Assembly (NCBI GenBank): GCA_963708135.1
Contig: OY970192.1
Span: 256,001-320,000 of the forward strand
DNA length: 64,000 bases
Direction of reading: 5' to 3'
DNA from: an uncultured Gemmatimonadales bacterium
Lineage (GTDB): Bacteria > Gemmatimonadota > Gemmatimonadetes > Longimicrobiales > RSA9
Shown here: positions 1 through 8,621 of the stretch, piece after piece
Layout: the number at the start of each line of letters is the position of its first letter
How positions within the stretch are numbered: position 1 is the first letter of the stretch
Translations under genes and position numbers: made by a program
Notes under the pieces: generated by a model
What the model was told of the DNA's origin: nothing
The model's input: the letters and a program-made list of their open reading frames with translations, nothing else
Database searches by the model: none

Positions 1-2
1 GC

Positions 3-746
3 TCCGGGATCGCGAACGTCTCAGATGCGGACCTGGCGGGTTTCCGATCGCGCGTGCTGGGCAGCGGGATCGACCTCAGGAACACGATCGACGCGATGCT
101 CGCGCGCTACTACCTCACCGCCGGGAACAACGACCAGGCGATCCAGGCGGCCGGCCGGGTCTCGCCCACCGTGCTCTCGACGCTCAACTATCCGCCGCCG
201 ACGAGCAACCCCATCTACAACCTGGCCAGCTCCGCGCGCCTGAACTACGTGGGCGGGCTGAAGAGCTTCGTGGACCAGGCGCAGGCCGGCGACCAGCGGC
301 CGTCGTACTGGTTGGACACGAGCGCCCCCGCCCACACCGGCAACCCGGACTCGCTCCTCTATCCGCTCAGGCAGTACTCGAGCGCCGACGCCTCCTTCCC
401 GCTCTACCTGCCGGACGAGATGAAGCTAATCAAGGCGGAGGCCGACGCGCGCAACGGCGACCTCGGCCAGGCGATTACGCTGATCAACGAGGTGCGCACC
501 CAGACGACGCCCGCCGTCGCGGGCGACCCGGTCGCGGGACTCCCCGCCCTCAGCCCGGGACAGCTCCCCGACCTGCAGTCGGTGCTCGAGGAGATCGCCT
601 ACGAGCGGCGGTACGAGCTCTACATGCAGGGTCTGCGCTGGGAGGACATGCGGCGACTGCCGCAGCCGTGGAACAACACCATGACCCTGGAGTGGCTGCC
701 CACGCCCACGCAGGAGTGTGACGCGAACCCGAACGCGGGGTGCTGA
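3..746 (+). CDS. RagB/SusD family nutrient-binding lipoprotein, C-terminal part (5' end outside window)
   Basis: Frame is open from the window edge. Typical SusD C-terminal motifs: EMKLIKAEA, INEVR, ERRYELYMQGLRWEDMRR. Confidence 0.85.
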   Translation, partial: SGIANVSDADLAGFRSRVLGSGIDLRNTIDAMLARYYLTAGNNDQAIQAAGRVSPTVLSTLNYPPPTSNPIYNLASSARLNYVGGLKSFVDQAQAGDQRPSYWLDTSAPAHTGNPDSLLYPLRQYSSADASFPLYLPDEMKLIKAEADARNGDLGQAITLINEVRTQTTPAVAGDPVAGLPALSPGQLPDLQSVLEEIAYERRYELYMQGLRWEDMRRLPQPWNNTMTLEWLPTPTQECDANPNAGC

Positions 747-1000
747 GCCGAGCGAGTTCGAACTTCGGCTGCGCGGCGGACATTCCTTCGCGCGAGCCTG
801 AGTTGATTAACGTCTACAGCCGATATCTTAGGACATCGGGTCCGGATCCGCAGTTGCGATTCGCTGCTGATCCCCGCCACGCGCGGCCGGGCTCGGATCC
901 GCAGAGGGGGACGGAGTGGCGGGCGACGTCTCGCCGGCGCGCCGGCGAGTTTGATTGATACCGCACGGGAACCCGAAACCTGGAACACCGGAGGACGGTG

Positions 1001-2140
1001 ATGTCCCGCTGGAGCCTGCCGCTCACGGCGCGGATACCTCAGGCCGCTGCGCCTCGCGGGCCGCTCGCCACCAGGGGCGGCGCGCTCGCCCGGGCGTTGC
1101 TGGCCAGACTGGTCCTGCCGCTGGCGCCGATTCTCACGCCGGGCGCCGTCGCCGCGCAGCGGTCGCCGCAGGCGCTCTTCTACTACGTGGACCGCGAGGA
1201 CTCCTACAACGACCTGCTGAAGCACATCGACAGGATCGGCGTGCTGGCGCCGTCCGTCTACAACGTCGATTCGGCCGGCGTGGTCTGGGGCGACCTCGAC
1301 CCGCGCGTGGCCGCGCTCGCGAGGGCGCACCACGTGCCGCTCATGCCGCTGGTGGTGAACCGCGGCTTCGACCAGCACCGGCTGCACGTCCTGCTCACCG
1401 ACAGCGCGGCGGTCCGCCGCACCGTGGACGCCATGGCCGAGCTGTGCCGGCGGGGCGCCTACGCCGGCATACAGGTCAACTTCGAGGATCTCGCCATGCA
1501 GGACCGCGACGCGTTCACGCGCTTCTACCGCCGGGCCGCCGAGGCGCTGCACGCCGACGGCCGCGAGATCAGCGTGGCCGTGGTGCACCGCCCCGACGAG
1601 CTGGCGGGCGCCACGCGCTACCTCAAGTGGCTCTTCGAGAACTGGCGCGCCGGCTACGACCTGAAGGCGCTCGCCGACGCGGGCGACTTCATCACCGTCA
1701 TGACGTACTCGGAGCACACCCGGCGCATGCCGCCGGGGCCGTCCGCCTCGCTGCCGTGGGTCGAGCAGAACATCCGCTATTTCCTGAAGTTCATGCCGCC
1801 GGAGAAGCTCTCGCTCGGCATCCCGACCGGCGCCATGCACTGGTACACGAGCCAGGAGGACCGCATCCAGCCGGAAGCCGCCCGGTCGTACTCCGAGGGC
1901 CTCAGCTACACGTGGGCGATGGCCCTGCTCGAGCGCCACGGCGCGAAGCTGCTCTGGAGCGACGAGCACCAGGTGCCCTACGCCTTCTACTCCAACAATG
2001 GCGCGTGGGAATGGATCTTCCTCGAGAACGCCCGCTCCTTCCGCGCCAAGCTCGGGCTCGTGGACAGCTACCACCTGCGCGGGTACTCGGTCTGGGTGCT
2101 CGGACCCGAGGACCAGGCGATGTGGGGGGACGTGCGATAG
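1001..2140 (+). CDS. Secreted GH18 family protein (YaaH/SleL-like chitinase fold) with variant catalytic motif
   Basis: GGAGG RBS at 991-995 and a signal-like N-terminus. Motifs AGIQVNFE (variant of DxxDxDxE), YDLKAL, VMTYSEH, PGPSAS, KLSLGIP, GYSVWVLG. Confidence 0.85.
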   Translation: MSRWSLPLTARIPQAAAPRGPLATRGGALARALLARLVLPLAPILTPGAVAAQRSPQALFYYVDREDSYNDLLKHIDRIGVLAPSVYNVDSAGVVWGDLDPRVAALARAHHVPLMPLVVNRGFDQHRLHVLLTDSAAVRRTVDAMAELCRRGAYAGIQVNFEDLAMQDRDAFTRFYRRAAEALHADGREISVAVVHRPDELAGATRYLKWLFENWRAGYDLKALADAGDFITVMTYSEHTRRMPPGPSASLPWVEQNIRYFLKFMPPEKLSLGIPTGAMHWYTSQEDRIQPEAARSYSEGLSYTWAMALLERHGAKLLWSDEHQVPYAFYSNNGAWEWIFLENARSFRAKLGLVDSYHLRGYSVWVLGPEDQAMWGDVR

Positions 2141-2178
2141 AAGCGGCGCCCGGGCGGGCAGGGCTGGCGAGAGGGGGT

Positions 2179-2228
2179 GGTTTTGGTTTTGGTTTTGGTT
2201 TTGGTTTTGGTTTTGGTTTTGGTTTTGG
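2179..2228 (+). repeat. (TTTTGG)8 hexamer microsatellite
   Basis: Eight perfect TTTTGG units at 2181-2228, preceded by GG, between the GH18 and DUF971 genes. Confidence 0.97.
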
Positions 2229-2261
2229 TGAGGACCGGATGAGGGTAGGGCGAGGAAGCGA

Positions 2262-2591
2262 ATGACGGGGGAAGGAACGACGCCGAGGAGCATCGCGCCC
2301 ACCGAGGACGGGACGGCGCTGCGCATCGTCTGGAAGGACGGGCACATCTCGGAGTACCCGCCGCGCTTGCTTCGGCTGAGCTGCCGCTGCGCCACGTGCA
2401 TCGAGGAAATGACCGGCCATCCGCTGCTCGATCCGGCGAGCGTGCCGGAGGACGTCTATCCGCTGGCCATCCACTACGTCGGCCGCTACGCGCTTCGCTT
2501 CGACTGGAGCGACCTGCACTCGACCGGGATCTACCCGTTCGAGCTCCTGCGCGCCCTCTGCCCGTGCGAGGAGTGCGCGGCGGAAGTGTGA
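2262..2591 (+). CDS. DUF971 / GBBH-like N-terminal domain protein (metal or Fe-S binding)
   Basis: LRLSCRCATC and VGRYALRFDWSDLHSTGIYPFELLR, plus a C-terminal CPCEEC. Confidence 0.88.
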   Translation: MTGEGTTPRSIAPTEDGTALRIVWKDGHISEYPPRLLRLSCRCATCIEEMTGHPLLDPASVPEDVYPLAIHYVGRYALRFDWSDLHSTGIYPFELLRALCPCEECAAEV

Positions 2592-2753
2592 TGTCGCCCT
2601 GCGTCCCCCCGTCGGGTGGCGGGGCGGGTGCGGGGTACGGTGTGCGGCGAGGTGTGGCGAGAAGGGACGGAAGGGTCGGGGCCAAGAAGCCGCCCGGCGC
2701 GGACCTGGGATCCGGCCGGGCGTGGAGCTGCGTCACCCCGTCAGGGAGCGGCC

Positions 2754-3473
2754 TCACTCCCCCTGATCGTCGTGCCCGTGCCCGTGGCCGTGGCCGTGCT
2801 TGTGGTCCTTCGAGTCGTCCGAGCGGCCGCGGTTCGAGTTGCGGTCGTCGCGCTGCTGCGTCCGCTCGTCGCGCCGGTCGTCCCGATCGTTACGCGCGCG
2901 CTGCTGGCCGTTGCGGGAGCGGCTCCGGCTGTACTGCCCGGGCGGGCCCGCCGCGGTGCCCTTGTACCAGCCGCGATGACGGCCGTTGTCGTGCCGGTCG
3001 TCGCGGTCGCCGTCGTTCCGGCCGTAGGAGCCGCGGCTCGACGGATAGTAACCGCCGTTGCCCGGGTAATAGCTGCCGTTCCTCTGGCCGTAGCCGCCGT
3101 TGCCCGGGTAATAGCTGCCGTTCCTCTGACCGTAGCCGCCGTTGCCGCAGTTGGCCTGCCCGCCGTTCTTGTCATGCCAGCGCTGGTGCGCCTGCTCGAG
3201 CTGGCGCTGCAGCGCCGCGTAGTCGCGGGCGTACTGCTGCGGGTTCCGATAGCGCTCCTGTGCGTGCGTCTGCAGCCAGAGCTGCTCCGCGCGCTGGAGC
3301 TGCTGGTGCAGCCGATCGTGCTCGGCCGCCCACCCGCTGTTCGAGCCGCCGTACGTCCCGCAGGAGCCGTAGACGCTGCCGTACTGGCCATAGCTCCCCT
3401 GCGCCTGTGCCGGCGCCGCGCCGGCGGCCACGAGAAGCCCCGCCGCCAGAAGTCCGAACCATCGCGCTCGCAT
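2754..3473 (-). CDS. Secreted low-complexity Gly/Tyr/Asn/Gln-rich protein with His-Gly tail
   Basis: GGAGGGA RBS and signal peptide MRARWFGLLAAGLLVAAGAAPAQA. Internal 14-aa repeat GNGGYGQRNGSYYP; C-terminal HKHGHGHGHGH. Confidence 0.75.
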   Translation of the reverse strand: MRARWFGLLAAGLLVAAGAAPAQAQGSYGQYGSVYGSCGTYGGSNSGWAAEHDRLHQQLQRAEQLWLQTHAQERYRNPQQYARDYAALQRQLEQAHQRWHDKNGGQANCGNGGYGQRNGSYYPGNGGYGQRNGSYYPGNGGYYPSSRGSYGRNDGDRDDRHDNGRHRGWYKGTAAGPPGQYSRSRSRNGQQRARNDRDDRRDERTQQRDDRNSNRGRSDDSKDHKHGHGHGHGHDDQGE

Positions 3474-3648
3474 GTTCCCTCCCTCCGCTGAGTGCACCCC
3501 TCTAGGGGGCACACGGCGTGCCGGGCGCCAGATGGCCGGAAACGCCCATGGTTGCGCGAAAAATTCGAGCTGCCGTCCTCGCCGAAGAGGGAAAACGACC
3601 CCGTGAGGTGGCGTTCGGGTGTCACGAGGAGAGGACGCCGGGCGGATT

Positions 3649-4195
3649 GGAGAGTGGGAGAGTGGGAGAGTGGGAGACGGGCCAGCGCCGGCGTGCGCCG
3701 CGCGTCACCGGGCCGGCAGACGCGCCCCGCGCACGCAGGTCCAACGGAAGCGCGCGCGCCGGGATCGTCGTCCGCGCCCGGCAACCGGAGGGACGCCACG
3801 CGGCCCGCCGCGTCCCCCGCTCCCCCACTCGCCCACTCCAGCTCCCCGTCGCGCGCCGGGATCGTCTTGCGCGCCCGGCAACCGGAGGGACGCCACGCGG
3901 CCCGCCGCGTCCCCCACTCGCCCACTCGCCCACTCCAGCTCCCCGTCGCGCGCCGGGATCGTCGTCCGCGCCCGGCAACCGGAGGGACGCCACGCGGCCC
4001 GCCGCGTCCCCCACTCGCCCACTCCCCCACTCTGGCTTCCCGTCGTCCGCGCCCGGCAACCGGAGGGACGCCGCGCGGCTCGCCGCGTCCCCCGCTCCCC
4101 CACTCACCCACTCTCGCTTCTCGTCGTCCGCGGCCGGCAACCGGAGGGACGCCGCGCGGCGCGCCGCGTCCCCCACTCCCCCGCTCCCCCACTCT
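3649..4195. repeat. Intergenic repeat cassette: (GGAGAGTG)3 left cap plus five 81-97 bp hairpin units ending in CCCACTC octamers
   Basis: Core CCGGCAACCGGAGGGACGC...GCGTCCC starts at 3778, 3875, 3972, 4053 and 4134 (periods 97, 97, 81, 81). Confidence 0.93.
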
Positions 4196-5315
4196 AGCTT
4201 TCCGGATACGGTCCCCAGCCGCGCCCGACCACCTCCCAGCACCCGGTCACGGCGTCGCCGCGCACGCCCCAGAGGCGCGCGTGTAGGTTGACGGAGACGC
4301 ACACGTGGTTGGGCACGATGCGGACGCGCTCGCCGATGCGGGGGCGCCAGTCGGTGTCCGAGAGGTCGAGCACGCCGTGCTCCTCGGAGACGGTGCGGAC
4401 CGTGACCTCGGGGCGGTCGAGGAGGGCGCCGTATCCGCTGCCGTGCGGGCGCAGCTCCTCGCGGGCCAGGGCCTTGGCGCCCGCGTCCACGACGGCCTGC
4501 CCGGGGACGGCGGTGCTGACCACGGTGGCGAGGACGGAGTAGGCGCATGCGTCCCAGCCGCAGGCGCCGATGGCGGCGGTGGTGCGGTCGTTGAAGATGT
4601 AGGTGCCGGGGCGGATCTCCGTGAGGCCGTCGATGCGATGCGAGGCGAAGGCGGCGGGCGTCGAGCCGCCGCTCACGACGGCGGGCTCGAGGCCGGCGTC
4701 GCGGAGCGCATCCAGGAACTCGCCGAGCCGGTCGGAGAGGGCGCGCAGATCGGCGTCCTGCTCGTCCACGTGCTGCCGGATGTGGCCCGGGTAGAAGAGA
4801 AGTCCGCGCCACTCGATTCCAGGCGACGCGGCCGCGGCGGCCGCCAGCGCGACCGCCATCTCGACGGCCGGGATGCCGACGCGATGCATGCCGAGGTCGA
4901 GCTCGACCAGCACGCCCACGGTGCGGCCGGCGCCGGCGGCGGCGGCGGAGAGGGCGCCGAGCGCGTCGGCGGAGTCGAGCGCGACCGTCGCCTTGACGCG
5001 CTCGGGGAGGGCGAGCAGCCGGCGCAGCCTGGCCTCGCCGACGGGCGGATAGGCGAGGAGCACGTCATCCGCGACACCGGCCATGACCTCGGCCTCGTGC
5101 AGCGTCGCCACGGTGAGGCCGGTGGCGCCGCGGCGGAGCTGCTCCTCGGCGAAGGCGGGCGTCTTGTGGGTTTTCGTGTGGGGGCGGAGCGCGAGCCCGT
5201 GGGCGGCGGCGTAGCCGGCCATGCGGTCGAGGTTCCTCGCGACGCGCTCCAGGTCCACGAGGGCGCTCGGGGTCTCGAGGGTGTCGAGCGTCGCGGGGCT
5301 ACGGGCATCGGCCAT
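4194..5315 (-). CDS. PLP-dependent D-threonine aldolase / D-serine deaminase-like protein (alanine racemase fold, DSD1 family)
   Basis: ETPSALVD, LRPHTKTHK (PLP lysine), ELDLGMHRVG, SGGSTP, EIRPGTYIFND, SEEHG, IVPNHVC. Confidence 0.9.
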   Translation of the reverse strand: MADARSPATLDTLETPSALVDLERVARNLDRMAGYAAAHGLALRPHTKTHKTPAFAEEQLRRGATGLTVATLHEAEVMAGVADDVLLAYPPVGEARLRRLLALPERVKATVALDSADALGALSAAAAGAGRTVGVLVELDLGMHRVGIPAVEMAVALAAAAAASPGIEWRGLLFYPGHIRQHVDEQDADLRALSDRLGEFLDALRDAGLEPAVVSGGSTPAAFASHRIDGLTEIRPGTYIFNDRTTAAIGACGWDACAYSVLATVVSTAVPGQAVVDAGAKALAREELRPHGSGYGALLDRPEVTVRTVSEEHGVLDLSDTDWRPRIGERVRIVPNHVCVSVNLHARLWGVRGDAVTGCWEVVGRGWGPYPES

Positions 5316-5432
5316 CGGGCGGTCCTTTCAGCGGGTTCGAGGCTCCGGCGTGGGCGCCGGGAAGCTAGCCGGCGGAGCGCGGCGGAGCCAGCGCCCTTGC
5401 ACCCCGCGAGGGCGGCGGGGTAGCATCGTGTC

Positions 5433-6293
5433 ATGGCACCGCTTCCCCTGGTCCTGCTCGTCCTGCTCGCGGCGCTCGCCGGCGCCGGCGCGGCGTTGTG
5501 GCTCGCCGGCCGGCGGCGGCAGGGCCGCGCGCTCTACCGCGCCGAGCTCGAGAAGGCGCTCGAGGACGGCGTGCTGACGCCGGAGGAGCGGGCGCAGCTC
5601 GACCGCGTCCGGGTGGAGCGCGACCTGAGCGAGGCGGAGGTGCGGCTCGCGGCGCTGGCGCTGTACCGGCGCGCGCTCGGCGAGGCGATGGCGGACTCCC
5701 GGGTGACGGCGGAGGAAGACCGCGCGCTGGCGCGGCTGCAGGCGCAGCTCGGCCTCACCGACGCGGACCTCGCCCCCGAACGCGGCCATATCGAGCGGCT
5801 GCACCTCCTCGCCCGGCTCGAGCGCGGCGTCCTGCCGGTCGTGGGCTCGCCGGTGGCCCTCTCGCCCGGCGACACGGCCCACTGGGTGGTGCACGCCACC
5901 TTCTGCGAGTGGCTCGGCTTGCCCGGCAGGGGACGCGCCGAGCCGGCCCACCTCGGCTTCGATGTGGAGGACACGCAGCCGTTCCACGCCGACGGCCCGC
6001 GTGGCTCGCTCGGCTCCAACCCGCACGTGTTGCCGGTGGACCTGGGTGTCCTGGTCGTGACCGGCCGCGCCCTTCTCTTCCGCGGCGCCAAGCGGCGCCT
6101 CGACGTGCCTTACGCCCGCTTCGTCCGGCTGTCGCTCTACCGCGACGGCATCCGCGCGACGCTCGCCGGTCCCGCCACCGGCTTCTCCTTCCTCACCGCC
6201 GACCCCGAGCTCACCGCCGCGGTGCTGCTCCGCGCCGCGCGCAACAGCCGCCAGGACGACGCCCCGGCGCTCCGCCCCCGCACCACCGCCTGA
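5433..6293 (+). CDS. Membrane-anchored hypothetical protein (two TerB-like helical repeats, PH-like C-terminal domain)
   Basis: N-terminal TM helix; repeats LEDGVLTPEERAQL and ADSRVTAEEDRAL; C-terminal DLGVLVVTGRALLFRG. Domain names are pattern-level guesses. Confidence 0.7.
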   Translation: MAPLPLVLLVLLAALAGAGAALWLAGRRRQGRALYRAELEKALEDGVLTPEERAQLDRVRVERDLSEAEVRLAALALYRRALGEAMADSRVTAEEDRALARLQAQLGLTDADLAPERGHIERLHLLARLERGVLPVVGSPVALSPGDTAHWVVHATFCEWLGLPGRGRAEPAHLGFDVEDTQPFHADGPRGSLGSNPHVLPVDLGVLVVTGRALLFRGAKRRLDVPYARFVRLSLYRDGIRATLAGPATGFSFLTADPELTAAVLLRAARNSRQDDAPALRPRTTA

Positions 6294-6434
6294 GCCGTTC
6301 GACGATCTCGCCGGCCTCCGCTGACGGACCAGCGCGGGCGGCGGCCGGGCGACTGTGGGCCGCCCCGGCCAGCGGGCACGCCTCGTGCGAATCCCGTCCG
6401 CCGGCGAAGGGGCGAAGGATGGAAAGGAGCAGTC

Positions 6435-6836
6435 ATGAAGGATACACTGCAGCGGTACTCCGAGGGGCACCGCGTGGAAGCGCTCGCGGAGCTCCGGGCG
6501 GAGCTGCGGGAATTCAGCCACGATGGGCTGATCGAGTTGCGTGAGGACCTGAGCCGGGGCGCGGTGGTGCGGGGCAGCTGGGCGGGGTGCGTGATCTCCT
6601 ACAAGCGCGGCGCCCCCGGCTCGGCTCGCCGGGACCGGATGGGACGGGCCCGGAATGCCTTCACGGTCCTCTGGGACAACGGGTGGCTCACGGACGAGGA
6701 GGTGGTGGGGCTGGTCGGGGACGAGCTGGGCCGGCGACGCCGCCCGCTCGAGCGCCCCGCGCCCGACGTCGCCCGCGCGCCCGAGGTGTGGCCGGCGGGG
6801 ATCGCCGTCGCCATGGACGAGCCGGACGAGCCATAG
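6435..6836 (+). CDS. Hypothetical protein (133 aa)
   Basis: AAGGAG RBS, GC3-rich codons and a globular-looking sequence. No family recognised. Confidence 0.75.
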   Translation: MKDTLQRYSEGHRVEALAELRAELREFSHDGLIELREDLSRGAVVRGSWAGCVISYKRGAPGSARRDRMGRARNAFTVLWDNGWLTDEEVVGLVGDELGRRRRPLERPAPDVARAPEVWPAGIAVAMDEPDEP

Positions 6837-6912
6837 CGCCTCGCGTGGCGGCGTGGCGGCTGCGATATTGGGGGGGGCAGCCGTCTCGCCGATCCGGCTC
6901 AGGAGTCCCCTC

Positions 6913-7393
6913 GTGTCCGACTCTGTCCACCCGTACCGCCGCCTCCTGCTCGCGGCGCTCGCGTTTCTCGTCGCCGCGTTCGTGGGGGTCGAGTTGTGGC
7001 GCGAGCTCGGCCCCAAGCGCGTCTCGGGCCTGGTTTACGACTGCGCGACGAAGCACCCGGTTCCCGGCGCCTCCGTCGAGTTGTGGCAGCAGACCTTCCT
7101 TACCTGGGACCGCCTCTTCAAGTACCGCGGGACCTCGGATGCCGACGGCCGCTTCACCATCGCCTACGGCGTGGGCCACGCCGTGAAAGCCCGGGCCACC
7201 AAGGACGGCTACCTGCTGGCGGAGAGTTTCGGCTATCCGTCGGAGCAGCTCCGGATCGGTCTGCGGCGTTCTGCCCCCGGACAGAGTCCCCTCGAGTCGA
7301 ACCCGCCATTGCAGGCTGCTGTCCTCCTGCATAGCGACGACCACGCGGAACGGCGTGACCGTCGCCCGCGACACCTGCAACGGCGATCCCTAG
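6913..7393 (+). CDS. Membrane-anchored carboxypeptidase-regulatory-like domain protein with an apparent 1-nt frameshift near 7300
   Basis: AGGAG RBS at 6901 and GTG at 6913; TM helix then VSGLVYDCATKHPVPGASV...SDADGRFTI. The +1 frame from ~7301 reads TRHCRLLSSCIATTTRNGVTVARDTCNGDP-TAG(7391-7393) with host-like codons. Confidence 0.6.
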
Positions 7394-7413
7394 TGTAGCG
7401 TCCGACAAATAGT

Positions 7414-7442
7414 TTGACACAAGGAGGCGCCGGGCGTATCCT
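7414..7442 (+). promoter_or_regulatory. Sigma70-type promoter of the IS630 transposase (probably leaderless)
   Basis: TTGACA(7414-7419), 17 nt, TATCCT(7437-7442); the ATG lies 6 nt downstream. Confidence 0.65.
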
Positions 7443-7448
7443 TGCGCC

Positions 7449-8537
7449 ATGGCGCGACCTGTGTCCAAGATCGAGACCACCGACGCCGAACGGCAAGAGC
7501 TTGAGCGGCGTGTGAAGGCGCCCAGCGTGTCCAAGCGCGACAGCCTTCGTGCCGCCATCGTGCTGCGGCGCGGGCGCGGTCTCGGCCAGGTGCAGGTGGC
7601 GCGGGAGCTGGGCGTGAGCGCCGCGTGCGTCAACAAGTGGTCCCAACGCTTCGAGCGCGAAGGCCTGGACGGCCTGAAGGATCGAAAAGGACGGGGCCGG
7701 CGCCCCTCGATCCCGGCGCACAAGGTGGAGCAGGTCATCACGCGGGCGACTCGGCCGCCCAAGCCGTGCACGCGTTGGAGTGTGCGCACGATGGCCCGTG
7801 AGGTCGGGATCTCGCCGGACAGCGTGCACCGGATCTGGCGGGCAAACGAGATCAAGCCGCACCTGACGCAGACGTTCAAGCTGTCGAACGATCCGCGCTT
7901 CGAGGAGAAGTTCTGGGACGTGATCGGGCTGTATCTCGATCCGCCCGAGAGGGCGCTGGTCCTGTGTTGTGACGAGAAGAGCCAGTGCCAGGCCTTGGAG
8001 CGCACCCAACCGGGCTTACCCCTCGGCGTCGGGGAGATTCGCACCAAGACCCACGACTACACCCGCCACGGCACCATCACGCTGTTTGCTGCACTGAACT
8101 ACCTCGACGGCAAATTGATCGCGCGCACGGAAGAGCGTCACACGCACGTCGAGTGGCTTCGCTTCCTCAAGCAGATCGATCGGGAGACGCCCAAGGATCT
8201 CGATCTACACCTCGTCGTGGACAATTACTGCACGCACAAGCAAGAGAGCGTAACCCAGTGGCTTGCGAAGCATCCGCGCTTCCACCTTCACTTCACGCCG
8301 ACCAGCTCGTCCTGGTTGAATCTCGTCGAGCGCTTCTTCGGAGAGCTGACGCAGGACGTGATTCGGGAGGGCAGCTTCTCCAGCGTACGCGAGCTGGTGA
8401 GTGACATCGAGAGCTACTTGGCCGAACGAAAGCTCCATCCCAAGCCGTACCGGTGGCGAGCCAAAGGCGAGGACATCTTGCGCAAGATCCAGCGTGCACG
8501 CGAGGCGCTCACCGCAGTACGCTCGGAGTCTTGTTAA
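7449..8537 (+). CDS. IS630 family transposase
   Basis: N-terminal HTH domains; DDE motifs CCDEKSQ, VVDNYCTH, WLNLVERFF; also THDYTRHGT. Confidence 0.95.
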   Translation: MARPVSKIETTDAERQELERRVKAPSVSKRDSLRAAIVLRRGRGLGQVQVARELGVSAACVNKWSQRFEREGLDGLKDRKGRGRRPSIPAHKVEQVITRATRPPKPCTRWSVRTMAREVGISPDSVHRIWRANEIKPHLTQTFKLSNDPRFEEKFWDVIGLYLDPPERALVLCCDEKSQCQALERTQPGLPLGVGEIRTKTHDYTRHGTITLFAALNYLDGKLIARTEERHTHVEWLRFLKQIDRETPKDLDLHLVVDNYCTHKQESVTQWLAKHPRFHLHFTPTSSSWLNLVERFFGELTQDVIREGSFSSVRELVSDIESYLAERKLHPKPYRWRAKGEDILRKIQRAREALTAVRSESC

Positions 8538-8621
8538 ATCAACTCAATTGGCAGACACTACACTAGACCTAGGGAGCCTGGCCCTCCGCAGCGTCCCGAA
8601 CCCCGACTCCCGGCCGAGCCC

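Larger units (their letters stand above)
7393..8563 (+). mobile_element. IS630 family insertion sequence
   Basis: TA duplication at 7391-7392 and 8564-8565. Ends TAGTGTAGCGTCCGACAA and TTGGCAGACACTACACTA are 15/18 inverted matches. The empty site would read CTAG. Confidence 0.93.

Noticed and set aside
1902..2757. ORFs containing poly-(QN), (PK), (TK), (FG) or (WF) dipeptide repeats
   Set aside because: All are translations of the (TTTTGG)8 microsatellite in different frames and overlap real genes.
2616..3491. 291-aa Val/Ala-rich plus-strand ORF resembling a membrane protein
   Set aside because: It is the antisense of the secreted low-complexity gene, which has the RBS and signal peptide.
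3755..4195. Possible CRISPR array
   Set aside because: The sequences between repeats are themselves near-identical or made of octamer repeats. There are no unique spacers, no leader and no cas genes.
3492..4812. Repetitive Arg/Pro/Ala-rich ORFs across the 3.6-4.2 kb array (likewise 47238-48192)
   Set aside because: Several frames are open only because the GC-rich repeat lacks stop codons; there is no RBS or codon bias.
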